Positions 30,611 to 40,872 of a stretch of 64,000 nucleotides of DNA are shown here, piece by piece; positions within the stretch are counted from its first letter, which is position 1; every line of letters begins with the position of its first letter. The notes beneath the pieces were generated by a model that was not told the DNA's origin, searched no databases, and saw only the letters and a list, made by a program, of their open reading frames with translations. Source of the stretch: Giardia intestinalis (taxonomy: Eukaryota); NCBI GenBank assembly GCA_000002435.2, contig CM018792.1. One strand, 5' to 3'. Made by a program: the position numbers and the translations under genes.

Positions 30611-32032
30611 CTAGACATCAAGCTTATCTACTTTCGTCCAAAGAGCTCGACGAACCTGGTCTGCATCAGCCTTAAGTTGGATTTGGTGGTACAGCGTGCA
30701 GAAAGCCCTCTCCATCACGTCTCTGAGGACATCGAATTCTGCTGCCCTTGAATTGGTCTCACTGGCAACCGCTTCATCTACCTCATAAACAATTCTATGG
30801 AGCCGTGTCAGAGTCTCATCAACAAGCAGCTCTCTGTCCTTCCATTCTGTATCCCAGACGGTACCTGTGTTCAGAAGCAGCTGGTGGGCTTGCGTAGTCT
30901 TGCTTATTGACGTGGCAAGCGCATCCTGAACTTTTACGCCGTCACATTCTATTTGCTGCTTGAGCTCTTGGAACAGTGTGCGCATATCCTCTTCTACCTT
31001 TTCAAAGTGCTGCTTCCATAGGGTGTCTGCCTGCTGAAATACCGAAGAGAAGGATGCTAAGTCATCTAGGGCGGCCCTTTGCTCAGTCATGCTCTCCTGC
31101 ACCTGTCCCTTGAGAGACGAGAATTCTAAGAAGGTATCATCGATGTACTGCCGAAGCTCCTTGGAGGTGTTGTCGAGCATTCGCTGAACATCGGTAAGCG
31201 TTGATGACTTCATATCCTCAAAGGACCCCAACAGAGTTGCTTGTGCTGTATCGATGCGGCTAATGGATGAGTTAATCATCTGCACGGTATTGTTAAGGCC
31301 TTGAATATCGGCCTCGCGCCGCTCCGTCTCTTGCTTGATCAGAGATGTCACACTCTGCTCCGCTGCCTGTTGTGCTTCTGAAATCACTTTAGGGATTTCT
31401 GCCACTGCTGACTCTACCTCAGAGCGAATACTTTGAGCAACAGCGGAAAACCTATCTGCATCTTGCTGATATAGCAGCTTAAGGTCATCAAAGGAGTCTC
31501 TGGCGGCAGTCTGTTGCGTCATCATGTCTGCTATCTCTCCCTTGAGACTAGAGAGGTTTGCTTCTAAGGCAGCAATAGTCTTCTGTATTTCTCCTTGCCC
31601 CGATTGTAGAGAGTCAATCTCCTTCCGTGACTCACTGCGGATTGTACTGGCTAGTTCCTTAATACTTGCTGTCTCTTTTTGGAGCTGCATATATCCCTGT
31701 TCAAACTCAAGAACCTTATGGCTGTCGCTACGCAGTGCCTCTACATCTTTTCTAATGTTCTCAATGCTCTCTTGCAGAAATGACTTGAGACTGTCGATGG
31801 AAGCTTGGGTGCTCTGAATGAAGTCCCCTACCTCCGACTCTACTCTGTCTGCAAGTGACAGATCGACCTTATGATCCAACAAGGTACAGACTTCATTTCT
31901 TGTGGGGCACTTGAGGACCCTTTCTTGAACAATGATGGCGGCATCTGCAACCTCCTGGAGCTTGTGGCTTAGGTAGGTTATTTGTTCCTTCAGCTTAAGT
32001 GGGACCTCAATCTTCCAGTCTTCGTCATTCAT
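30611..32032 (-). CDS. Coiled-coil hypothetical protein (473 aa)
   Basis: ATG start. Heptad-rich, Q/E/L-rich sequence throughout. No enzymatic motifs. Confidence 0.45.
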   Translation of the reverse strand: MNDEDWKIEVPLKLKEQITYLSHKLQEVADAAIIVQERVLKCPTRNEVCTLLDHKVDLSLADRVESEVGDFIQSTQASIDSLKSFLQESIENIRKDVEALRSDSHKVLEFEQGYMQLQKETASIKELASTIRSESRKEIDSLQSGQGEIQKTIAALEANLSSLKGEIADMMTQQTAARDSFDDLKLLYQQDADRFSAVAQSIRSEVESAVAEIPKVISEAQQAAEQSVTSLIKQETERREADIQGLNNTVQMINSSISRIDTAQATLLGSFEDMKSSTLTDVQRMLDNTSKELRQYIDDTFLEFSSLKGQVQESMTEQRAALDDLASFSSVFQQADTLWKQHFEKVEEDMRTLFQELKQQIECDGVKVQDALATSISKTTQAHQLLLNTGTVWDTEWKDRELLVDETLTRLHRIVYEVDEAVASETNSRAAEFDVLRDVMERAFCTLYHQIQLKADADQVRRALWTKVDKLDV

Positions 32033-32253
32033 CAGGGCTACCGGCTGCTTATCTGCCCCACGGCTGGAATTTGTGAATATTTATTAAACTGCATTCTCCA
32101 GAGCACAATCCTGTTTGCTCGCTGATTGCGTCTCTGCACACATCCCATGGGATGGCCCGATGTGCTGTCCTAACCGAAACCGGCTGCATAAGCCGGCCAC
32201 GCCACAGACCTGAGCGGCGACAAAGCAACCACTCTGTGACCCCGGCTGGAAAG

Positions 32254-32326
32254 TGCCGAGTTTGGGACTCGAACCCAAGACCGATAGATCTTCAGTCTAC
32301 CGCTCTACCATCTGAGCTAACTCGGC
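32254..32326 (-). tRNA. tRNA-Phe (anticodon GAA)
   Basis: Reverse complement reads GCCGAGT-TA-GCTC-AGATGGTA-GAGC-G-GTAGA-CTGAAGA-TCTAT-CGGTC-TTGGG-TTCGAGT-CCCAA-ACTCGGC-A. Perfect 7-bp acceptor stem, T-loop TTCGAGT, anticodon loop CTGAAGA. 73 nt, no intron. Confidence 0.9.
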
Positions 32327-32378
32327 GACGGTTGCCGCAAATCGGCAGGACATGTATTTTTTTCTGTGTTGTGCCCGT

Positions 32379-34058
32379 TTACTGGCGCGATCGGGGCGTG
32401 TAGCCTGCAATCTCGACGATCCGCGGCCGGACGTTGTACCGCCACGGCGCGGCGACGTCATTGAAGACCTTCTGGCGCGCAACCAGCGCGTCGTTCCGTC
32501 GGATCGAAAGGCCGAGCTCTCGGGCGCAGCTCAGAAACTCGTCCCACCAGCCGAGCTCGGTCAGGAGATAACGCATGATGATATCACAGTCTCCCAGAAG
32601 CTCCAAGTCCCAGTTGTGCGGCCGTCCAACCGACTCCAGGTTAATGAGCACCTGCGGCACCGTGCGCGGAAGCTTCCCCAAAATCCCGCTAACTGGCTTC
32701 ACGCGGAGCGAGGATCCTATTGCAATAAACATATCTGCTACAGAACAATCGTCGTCGATGAACTCCTCCAGATCTGATGACAACTTCTCACCAAAGAATA
32801 TGATTTGAGGCTTAAGAATTCCCCGAATCTGAAGGCCACTCGACCTTCCGTCCGCATGCTGGCCCGAGCTACTGCAGAGGTCATCTAGCTTTATCTTGAG
32901 ATAGCAGGGGTCATCGCCCTCGGTTACCTTGTCAAACGGGAAATTTGTGCGCACTGTACTACTAGAGGTGTTGTTCAGCAGCTCTTCCAGGCGTGGAGTA
33001 ATAGAGCTTCCAAGGGCGCTTCTTACAGCAGCCTTAAACTGATCCCCGTCGCCATCCAGCAAAGAGCCAGCTGCATGGACGTCTGCAAGCTCCCTTTCGC
33101 AAAGGAAGCTCCGTCGAAACGATTGGAAGCACTCTCGACATAACGGAAGGCACGCCTCTTCAACCACTGTTCGACGCAAAAGCTCCATGGGGAACTTGGC
33201 CCCGCAATCAATGCACGTAAACGTATGAAACGATCCATGGCAGTTGATGATGTATTTCTGTGTGATCTGCGCCTGGACCTCAAGGCAATCGATATTCTGC
33301 GTATAAATCCTTTGTAGCTGACCACGCTTTTCTAACAATCGCATAAATAGATGCACAACAGTAGGCTTGAACTGAGGTCCTGGGAAAATCTCGGGGCAAA
33401 AGCGATAAAATGGTATTGGATTGCCCCTGAAAAAGTCAAGATTAAACATGTCTGTGGGCTTCTGTAGATTGTACTGCTGCAACCTATTGTAGATTCCATT
33501 TTTGCTGCGGAAATCGGGGATCCCTGCCGAGACAGAAATCCCTGCTCCCACCAGGAAGATGACCTTCCTTGCGCGTCTGAGCTGGTAAATGAATGCCTCA
33601 GGAGATGTACATGACGTAATTCGCTTGCGCGGTAGCTTTACCTCCAACAACTCCAAGACAACCTGCTCCAAGAACTCCAAGAGCACATCGTTTCCAAAGG
33701 AATGCTTCGGAAGCTTCAAGCCCAGGTCAGCGAGAATCTGTGTTGGAGGAACACCAAGTTCTAGTAAAGAAAGGATCCAGAGACGAAACCCGCCCGGAGA
33801 GATGTGCCCGGATAGATCGTCTAGAACAGAATCGTCGTCCTCGTCACCCAGATGCTCCGTTGCAGAGGGTGCAGTATCCACTCTGACGAGATTCTTGGAT
33901 CCAGGATCATGGATGGCCGGAATCCGCATGTCGATGTGGACAGGATAGTCGCAAAGAGAGGTAACAGATACCTCCCGAGATGCGAAGTCCGTTGCAGGAA
34001 TGAGTTCTTCGTTCTCTAGGCCAGAGTGTAGAAGGATGGCTTCGAGAGCCGATTTCAT
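32379..34058 (-). CDS. Sir2-family NAD-dependent protein deacetylase (sirtuin) with N-terminal extension
   Basis: Rossmann motif VIFLVGAGISVSAGIPDFRSKNGIY, TQNIDCLE, catalytic HGSF. Zn-binding Cys pairs CIDCGAKF...CLPLCRECF. Confidence 0.85.
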   Translation of the reverse strand: MKSALEAILLHSGLENEELIPATDFASREVSVTSLCDYPVHIDMRIPAIHDPGSKNLVRVDTAPSATEHLGDEDDDSVLDDLSGHISPGGFRLWILSLLELGVPPTQILADLGLKLPKHSFGNDVLLEFLEQVVLELLEVKLPRKRITSCTSPEAFIYQLRRARKVIFLVGAGISVSAGIPDFRSKNGIYNRLQQYNLQKPTDMFNLDFFRGNPIPFYRFCPEIFPGPQFKPTVVHLFMRLLEKRGQLQRIYTQNIDCLEVQAQITQKYIINCHGSFHTFTCIDCGAKFPMELLRRTVVEEACLPLCRECFQSFRRSFLCERELADVHAAGSLLDGDGDQFKAAVRSALGSSITPRLEELLNNTSSSTVRTNFPFDKVTEGDDPCYLKIKLDDLCSSSGQHADGRSSGLQIRGILKPQIIFFGEKLSSDLEEFIDDDCSVADMFIAIGSSLRVKPVSGILGKLPRTVPQVLINLESVGRPHNWDLELLGDCDIIMRYLLTELGWWDEFLSCARELGLSIRRNDALVARQKVFNDVAAPWRYNVRPRIVEIAGYTPRSRQ

Positions 34059-34097
34059 TTTTCTAAACCCTGAGGCATTTAGGAAGTAACGACTGTA

Positions 34098-36140
34098 TCA
34101 TTTACCTGAAGGCTCATCAGTAAGGCAAGTGCTTTTGATAAGATCTCCGGCAACACGCTTAATGAGACCCGTGAAGGAAGAGGAAATGAGCTCTTGAGCA
34201 GCAGCCCTTTTAGATGCTAAAGGCGAGTGATAATGCACAGAGACAATAGCCGCAGATGAACAAGGCTGAATGGAGAGTTCTGAGATCACGTAAGGCTTCG
34301 CCATTGTCTTCAAATCGTCTGTAAGGCTTTCACGACGCCGCTGTAGCTTCTCGACCAGATCGTTGAGCTGATCATCATATTTCGGTGTGATTCGAAAGTG
34401 AAGTGCATCCAGCTCCTGAGGCAGGGTGGTGGACTTTAGCAGCACACCGGCAACAGCGTTGTCGCCAGACCCAGCCAAGTAGCGGGACAACGGAGATGAC
34501 GTGAACAGACTTACGTCATAATTAGGGTCCTGCAAAAGCTCGCAGTCCAAGGTCTGAGTATCACAAAGGGGAACAAGAGAATAGTCAGTAAAGTGACTAA
34601 TGGGAAGCGAGCTGCTGGTGTGTGCTCTATATGTTGCGCCAGGGTCTCCGGCTTCTTCAACAGAGATATCTGGGGCAAGGAGAGACTTTGGCCAGCGGGT
34701 AATTGTGTCCCATACATCACTATTAAATGTTCCCGTGCTGTCGCCACCACTTGAGCTTATTATTCCAACAAAGCTGTGACAGTACGACGCCCAATGACAA
34801 TTCAGAGGTGCATAGACACATTTCCCTATTGTGTTATGGTAGCTAGCATGACGAATTGCTAGTTCCTTGGTAGATGTTGAGAAACCAATTGCATCAAGGA
34901 TCGTCTTGAATTTAGTGAAAACACTGGATGGAAGTCGTGTTATATCTACAACTACATTCTCTGAGGCAATGACGTTTGCATTCTGCATCAATGCAAGCTG
35001 AGACTTGGTAGAAAACCCTAACATTCCAACAATGGCTTCACCAGTTGAAGTCTGTCCCGTGATAGCGATGGATGTTGGAACACGAAGACTCTTAGAATAA
35101 AAGAATGGGACAAGCGCTTCGGTGACTCCGTCCACGGTTGCCTCCTTAGCTTCTTTGGACTCCTTCTCAAGCAAAGACTCAAACTTGTTATCACAATCTT
35201 TCTTAAGGTTGACAAGTTCGTCTTTGCAACCCATTAGTTCAGCAAGCGATGAAATAGTTGTTTCAATGTCTCCGGGAAGGAACATGTCCATTCCGTCCCG
35301 ACCTACAAGATCGAGGGCCTCCTGCATCAATTGTTCATTGGCAAACACGTCAGCTGCTGTCTTCTCAGGGTGGGCATTGGCATAGAAGCGGAGAGCCTGA
35401 TTAACGTATCCAGCTGGATCGCGATTAATAAGCACTCTAAGTGCCTCATTTGGAACCATTTCTGCCAGGAAATTGAATGGAGCAACGGTAAGGCTTGTTC
35501 CGAGGATAAGCAACATGCTTGTCTTTTCTGCATCTCCAATTATCTCGGGGGCAAGCTGAAACTCCGAAGGTAATTGCTCTCCAAAGAACACTATCCTGGG
35601 CTTTAAAACCCGACCGCAACGTGGGCAATGTGAGACAGATTGGTCCATGGCTGCAGCACGGAAAACGTTCTGGTCTTCCACTTGGTAGGTACACACACCA
35701 GAGACATTCCCTAGACAGTACAAGCCTTTACAATAGCTTCCATGACACTGCAAAATACGCCGGGGAGACACTCCTGCAAATATTTCAAGCTCGTCGATAT
35801 TCTGTGTGTAGATAAATCGCACAAGACCCCTATCTTCTAAGATCTTAAAGAAGTGGTGTGCCATGGTGGGCTTATACTTGTAAGACGGGAAGATAGATAC
35901 TGACAGCGAGGAGAACGGTCGGGGACGCAAGCAGTAGTACGAGAGATCAAACATGGAGGTGGGCGTTGGCAAGTTATAGCGTTCGAGTTGAGAGTAGAGA
36001 CCTGTTCCTTTGGAACGAAAATCCGGTATTCCCGCTGCGACAGAAATTCCTGCACCAGCAAGGATGACAATGGATTCTTTCTTGGCTCTGGAAATACTCT
36101 CTACGAGGCGCTTGAGAGTCTGCCCATAATTAGCAGGCAT
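34098..36140 (-). CDS. Sir2-family NAD-dependent protein deacetylase (sirtuin), long C-terminal extension
   Basis: N-terminal VILAGAGISVAAGIPDFRSKGTGLY, TQNIDELE, QCHGSY. Zn ribbon CKGLYC...CPRCGRVLKPRIVFFGEQLP. Tandem paralog of the preceding gene, 39 bp spacer. Confidence 0.85.
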   Translation of the reverse strand: MPANYGQTLKRLVESISRAKKESIVILAGAGISVAAGIPDFRSKGTGLYSQLERYNLPTPTSMFDLSYYCLRPRPFSSLSVSIFPSYKYKPTMAHHFFKILEDRGLVRFIYTQNIDELEIFAGVSPRRILQCHGSYCKGLYCLGNVSGVCTYQVEDQNVFRAAAMDQSVSHCPRCGRVLKPRIVFFGEQLPSEFQLAPEIIGDAEKTSMLLILGTSLTVAPFNFLAEMVPNEALRVLINRDPAGYVNQALRFYANAHPEKTAADVFANEQLMQEALDLVGRDGMDMFLPGDIETTISSLAELMGCKDELVNLKKDCDNKFESLLEKESKEAKEATVDGVTEALVPFFYSKSLRVPTSIAITGQTSTGEAIVGMLGFSTKSQLALMQNANVIASENVVVDITRLPSSVFTKFKTILDAIGFSTSTKELAIRHASYHNTIGKCVYAPLNCHWASYCHSFVGIISSSGGDSTGTFNSDVWDTITRWPKSLLAPDISVEEAGDPGATYRAHTSSSLPISHFTDYSLVPLCDTQTLDCELLQDPNYDVSLFTSSPLSRYLAGSGDNAVAGVLLKSTTLPQELDALHFRITPKYDDQLNDLVEKLQRRRESLTDDLKTMAKPYVISELSIQPCSSAAIVSVHYHSPLASKRAAAQELISSSFTGLIKRVAGDLIKSTCLTDEPSGK

Positions 36141-36285
36141 TTATTTTGAACCCAGATTTACTAGTGTCTAATATATTCTGATTGGTAGTGGTTAGCTTAA
36201 GGGATGATCTTAGAGTGCGTAGAGGCAGGCGGAAAAGCAACGAAACTGATCTCTAACGCCTAGTTAGAAAGATGACACAGGGTAC

Positions 36286-39200
36286 TCAACGTCTGCGTCT
36301 ATAGTCTCGATGGTCGCTCTCGCTCTCCTCTTCAAAGTCAATGACCTCGGATGAAAATTCATCGTCTCCTTGCAGGTTGTCTGGCTCTGATGTCGCGCAT
36401 GAGCCCGTGATCTCATCGTCTTCGTCGTCCTCATCATAGCTATTCTCTTGAAAAGCATCACTGTCATCATCCTGCTCTTCAGAGGAGGACTCTGAGTCTG
36501 ACTTGAAGAAGGCGTTCCAGCTACCGCCCTCGAGGAACTCAACATAGTCCTCGCGCTTGTTATAGTACTTAGCAGTGAAGTCCTTCCACTTAGTCGTCTC
36601 AGGAGTAATATAGTACTTAATACCCATTGCATTGACCCAGTCTTGTAGCTCGTGAACATACTTACTTTGAATGGAGCTGATAGTGACAGGGTCCATGCGT
36701 ATGTCTCTGTAATGAAAAGTCATGTGGAATGTCGAATCGCGATACAAGTTCAGATTCTCGAAAACCACCATGTCTAAGTCTTCCACAGCAACGATGAACT
36801 GGGTCTTTGGTTCCATGCACCCCAGTCTCCTGTTCTTATATATATGGAATGTCTGGTTGCCTTGGTAAGAAGCAAAGAATGATGGGTAGTTTCTATCTCG
36901 CGTACAGACCTTAAACAAATGACCAGCATAGATAGGATTCTTTTCCTCATAGGCGTGAAGTGCGTCGTTCATGCACGATAGAAATTGGTCGTAAATTTTG
37001 TTTGCCTTTCGCATGTTTTGTGCAGCTGCACGCTCGTGCTCGACCTCTTCTCGGTCGGTCTTTGGCTTAACGCCACTACTCAGCCTCACGCCGGTCTCAA
37101 AGTTGCATAAGAAGGTAATCCCGTTCTGTGGCTTTGTAAGGACAGTCTCGTCATACTCACCCTTGGGAAGATCTCCCAGGATGAGCTGCTTTATGGATGT
37201 TGGGGTTCGAAACATGAAGTAGAGGATAGCGATGTGGGAGGAATCCCGCAGCTTTTCAAAGACACACGTCTTAATGTTTTTATAGAGCAAGCAGATCTTT
37301 ATCTGCCTTGAGGGGTTTCCATAAAGGTACAGCAGACCATTCTCATGGACGTGTAGCCCTCCTCCCTCTTTAGAACGTTGCCGCTCGATGTTAGGCCGTA
37401 CCTGTAGAGGCTGGTTAAGGTTTGAGCTAGAGAGATGGAAATAGTACGGATTGCTGGACTGGAACAGGGAGATGGTTTCTGGCTTCAGTATTGCGCTCTT
37501 CACAGCCTCGCCCATCAGATTGTCTATATCCATGTCAATTTGGATTGGCTCATTTCTATGTAACTCATTTTGCTGCTTCTGTCTGAATGCCGTCAAGTGA
37601 TTGGTCAACTCTTCCACTATTTTTTCTGCTTTGCTTGCGGCACACTCAAAGAGAATCTCCTTCAGAAATACATTAGACGTGCCATACAGCTCTAGCTGAG
37701 GGTAGTTGTCTCGTGCCTTACCAGTCACAACACCTGGAGCAGCCAATTGCATCCTTATAAGAGTAACACCGGCCTCATTGGTCCCAGCAATCTTAATGCT
37801 ATGAATCATGTTCGGATGAATCGGAACAGGCCTGCTGTTAATCATAATAAAGAGAGAGTCAGAAGTGGTCATCTTATAGATTATTGAATCATCTCCTCCT
37901 ATCGCTGACGGATAGTCGTTGACGCTGGAGAACGCCATAGCAATCTCTCGCACCACACCTTCCTTACGGAATTTCTGTCGTCCTGCACGAAACCGTTCCT
38001 CTATACGTTGCTTAAGCTCCAACCCTAGGCGAGCCTGACTCTCGTTGAGAGCCTTTTGCCTGCTAGCACGCTCCTGACGCACATGCCGGCGCTCTTCTAT
38101 ATTGCGATCACGCATAACACTGACCTGCACATCTGATGATTCATCGCTTTCAGATGACTCTGAAGGTTGAGTGAGAGACGTAGCCAACCCACCGGCCTTG
38201 GTTTCTCCCGACTCTGTGATCATAAAGAAGCCTCGCAGACATGCAGTTGTGGAGTTACGCATGTTGTCTGGCCCTGTCAGTACGTGCTGCGTGTCATTGG
38301 AGTGAGCGAGTGCCAAAAGGATAGTATCTCCATAGACAATGTCAAATGAAATTCCCTTATCTGGAATTGTAACATGAGCAGCAGTAGTAAGGAAGAGCGG
38401 GGTAGAGCCAGTGATTATAGTCTCTGCGGTCCTTTTGCTAAGAGAGTCTTGCCCAAGACAGAGAGGAGCAAGCCCAGAAGAGCGAAGTGCCTCCAGAGCT
38501 TGTTCCTTCGTTGTAACACCAGCGCCCGTGGGAGCCCCACAAACACCCCCTAGCTCGAGCTTGTCAAAGGAAAGAGAAATGGAGAGATTGGTTCGCTTGC
38601 ATGTAAGTGTGCTTGAGGTGTTGGCTCGCGCACTAAGGAGTTGCTCTGCTAGGCTCGATAGCGAAGTGTTTTCTTTCACCAGATCAAACGACTCCCTGTG
38701 TACTCGCTCAACTGCCTCAAAAGCAGACCGTACAGCTCCTGCAATACTTATATGGGCGCAAGCGACTGTTCTAGCCACGGCTCCTGTCATGCCATTCCGT
38801 GTGACAGCGCAAATTACGTTTGTCAGGGCGAGCCGACCAGGCTCTGGTCCAGATGCAGAGACGATTTGCAGCTCATTGACTACACTATGCCCCAACACAG
38901 ATGCGTGGAGTGCTCTACGTAAGACGGTCGACAGGCTGTCATCTAGAGTGTCTTTAGTGGCTGTGCTAACTAGAGACACGGAGGCTGTGAGCCGGGACGT
39001 CTTGTTAAGAGCAAGAAGCTGTTGCTCTGTAAGTTGGATATATCGAGCACCAGAGCCAGCAGATAGCTCTTTGGAAATGTCTGCAGAGCCCCCACAGGCC
39101 AAATTGATGGCGGCGTCTAGCATCGTTCGCCGCTGGGACTCCAAGCAACGACCACCCCCGAAAGTTTTCTCTAATGCGTTGTAAACTTTTCCATAGCATG

Positions 39201-39783
39201 ATAAGGCCTCTTGGCTGGCAGCGCGAAGTAGGCTGTGGTAACCACTTGGAATAAAGGAAAGAATATCTAGAGCAAGTTCAGTTACATCGATATTCATAGA
39301 AAAGTTTGGCATGCTTGCAATCTGCGCTCTGAGTTCTTCCATTAACTTGTTTCCGCTCTTCTCAATAATAGAAATGTCAGCAGACATAACGCCAAGGGTT
39401 CGTGTCTTGGACGCTTTAAGCCGCTCCATTGCTTCAGCAAGACCTGGAGGAGGCTTGCCTTTGCCCATTAGCAATACCTCTGTCTCGATGTTTTCAGAAG
39501 ATCTTCCCGTGAACAAGGAAAGCGTCTTGTGGGCGCGCTCGTTAATGGGGAGAAATAAAACAGTCCTCTGGGCCTTCATAAAGAGGACCGGCACACCTTT
39601 CATGTCATTTCCAGTCAGTAAGCGTAGCAGGGAGGCTGTAGCAGAAGATGGAGACGCCGTCATAAAGTCGCTTGTCTGGTAAAGCCAGAAATTGTCCGCC
39701 TGAATACCTTCGTATGCGTCCCATCTCCGGAAGATGTGATGCACCGCCGCATGGTACATGGAGATACTGCTAGACTCTGTCAT
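36286..39783 (-). CDS. SPT16: FACT complex subunit SPT16 (histone chaperone)
   Basis: Middle and C-terminal blocks align to Spt16: VRPNIERQRSKEGGGLHVHENG vs [21 protein letters not shown], and HSIKIAGTNEAGVTLIRMQLAAPG vs [24 protein letters not shown]. Acidic C-terminal tail EEQDDDSDAFQENSYDEDDEDDE. 1165 aa. ATG preceded by gatggatttaaaaaact. Confidence 0.8.
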   Translation of the reverse strand: MTESSSISMYHAAVHHIFRRWDAYEGIQADNFWLYQTSDFMTASPSSATASLLRLLTGNDMKGVPVLFMKAQRTVLFLPINERAHKTLSLFTGRSSENIETEVLLMGKGKPPPGLAEAMERLKASKTRTLGVMSADISIIEKSGNKLMEELRAQIASMPNFSMNIDVTELALDILSFIPSGYHSLLRAASQEALSCYGKVYNALEKTFGGGRCLESQRRTMLDAAINLACGGSADISKELSAGSGARYIQLTEQQLLALNKTSRLTASVSLVSTATKDTLDDSLSTVLRRALHASVLGHSVVNELQIVSASGPEPGRLALTNVICAVTRNGMTGAVARTVACAHISIAGAVRSAFEAVERVHRESFDLVKENTSLSSLAEQLLSARANTSSTLTCKRTNLSISLSFDKLELGGVCGAPTGAGVTTKEQALEALRSSGLAPLCLGQDSLSKRTAETIITGSTPLFLTTAAHVTIPDKGISFDIVYGDTILLALAHSNDTQHVLTGPDNMRNSTTACLRGFFMITESGETKAGGLATSLTQPSESSESDESSDVQVSVMRDRNIEERRHVRQERASRQKALNESQARLGLELKQRIEERFRAGRQKFRKEGVVREIAMAFSSVNDYPSAIGGDDSIIYKMTTSDSLFIMINSRPVPIHPNMIHSIKIAGTNEAGVTLIRMQLAAPGVVTGKARDNYPQLELYGTSNVFLKEILFECAASKAEKIVEELTNHLTAFRQKQQNELHRNEPIQIDMDIDNLMGEAVKSAILKPETISLFQSSNPYYFHLSSSNLNQPLQVRPNIERQRSKEGGGLHVHENGLLYLYGNPSRQIKICLLYKNIKTCVFEKLRDSSHIAILYFMFRTPTSIKQLILGDLPKGEYDETVLTKPQNGITFLCNFETGVRLSSGVKPKTDREEVEHERAAAQNMRKANKIYDQFLSCMNDALHAYEEKNPIYAGHLFKVCTRDRNYPSFFASYQGNQTFHIYKNRRLGCMEPKTQFIVAVEDLDMVVFENLNLYRDSTFHMTFHYRDIRMDPVTISSIQSKYVHELQDWVNAMGIKYYITPETTKWKDFTAKYYNKREDYVEFLEGGSWNAFFKSDSESSSEEQDDDSDAFQENSYDEDDEDDEITGSCATSEPDNLQGDDEFSSEVIDFEEESESDHRDYRRRR

Positions 39784-39833
39784 AGTTTTTTAAATCCATC
39801 CTGTGCCCGAGGATTTACTGGCAAACTAAACGA

Positions 39834-40790
39834 CTAGAAGAGGTTCCGCAGGATACCACTCATACCCGTAGAGAGAGTAGCCCGCATGTCGAAATCGCTT
39901 GAACATTCAAAGACCTCATAGTTTCTCTCCAGGTTCTCGCTCACCGTTAGCACAGACGCAAAGTTTTTCTTCTGAGTGTAATCGGGAGCGCTCCACACTG
40001 TTGAGAGAAGGTCGCCAAACATCAATACAAAACCCTCATAGCAGAGCTGATGAGACCGGAGAATATGGGAGAGCTGATTGTCATGGAGGAATTTGAGAAC
40101 TGGTATCAATCCAAAAGAACATCCGGCTCCTCTTGCAGACCGTTCAAAACACTGAACCTCTGCCGAGGGGTCAGACCACAGCAGGTCACTGAAGAGACAG
40201 GAAAGTCCTTCGGGGAAATCTCTAAATCTACATATGGTATGCATCTGATCTATTATTTGAAAGGATGGAGAAAGCCCTGCATGAACTGCAAATAGCTCAT
40301 TTTGGATTAAGGCAGCAATAGGCAGCGCTTCAAACGTGTCTATCATCGCTCTCCAAACATCCTTTTGGTGATTAATATCATAGTGTGAGAATTTAGCGCG
40401 AATCTCGTCTTGAAACCCATAGGATTGACAGATCTTTTCATCCTCGTGGTTCCCACGGAGTAAGTATATGGACTTGGGGTACTTTATCTTAAGCAGGAAG
40501 AGGTAGATGATGACCTCCAGTGAGTGAGTCCCTCTGTCAACGTAATCACCTAAAAATAGATAAGTAGACTTTGGGACTTCCCCAGCAATCTTGAAAATTT
40601 CAAAGAGGTCAAAGAGCTGCCCATGTATGTCTCCTATGACAACGATTGGTAAAGCAAGAGAGAGCAAATTTGCTTCTGTGAAGAATATATCTCTGACCAA
40701 GTCCGTTAGCTGTATTATCTCGATATGGGTAGGAAGCCGCTGATGCCGGTAAATATTGTGAAGAAGGACATCGACATCTATTCCTGGCAT
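39834..40790 (-). CDS. Serine/threonine protein phosphatase catalytic subunit, PPP family (PP2A/PP4/PP6-like)
   Basis: Signature motifs GDIHGQ, GDYVDRG, GNHE, plus a later HAG-type block. Confidence 0.85.
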   Translation of the reverse strand: MPGIDVDVLLHNIYRHQRLPTHIEIIQLTDLVRDIFFTEANLLSLALPIVVIGDIHGQLFDLFEIFKIAGEVPKSTYLFLGDYVDRGTHSLEVIIYLFLLKIKYPKSIYLLRGNHEDEKICQSYGFQDEIRAKFSHYDINHQKDVWRAMIDTFEALPIAALIQNELFAVHAGLSPSFQIIDQMHTICRFRDFPEGLSCLFSDLLWSDPSAEVQCFERSARGAGCSFGLIPVLKFLHDNQLSHILRSHQLCYEGFVLMFGDLLSTVWSAPDYTQKKNFASVLTVSENLERNYEVFECSSDFDMRATLSTGMSGILRNLF

Positions 40791-40872
40791 CGTTTCCGAG
40801 TATTTTTAAATTAATCCTTCCTGCAGAGATTAGGGACTTCTTGGCACTCTCGTTCTAGCTTCGCCTGTCCCG

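Noticed and set aside
32084-32403. 64-aa (-) and 83-aa (+) ORFs
   Set aside because: Both overlap the well-supported tRNA-Phe gene and its GC-rich flank, and neither has a protein-like composition.
36264-36659. 131-aa minus ORF
   Set aside because: It lies in an alternative frame inside the acidic C-terminal tail of the SPT16 gene. Low-complexity sequence tolerates open alternative frames.
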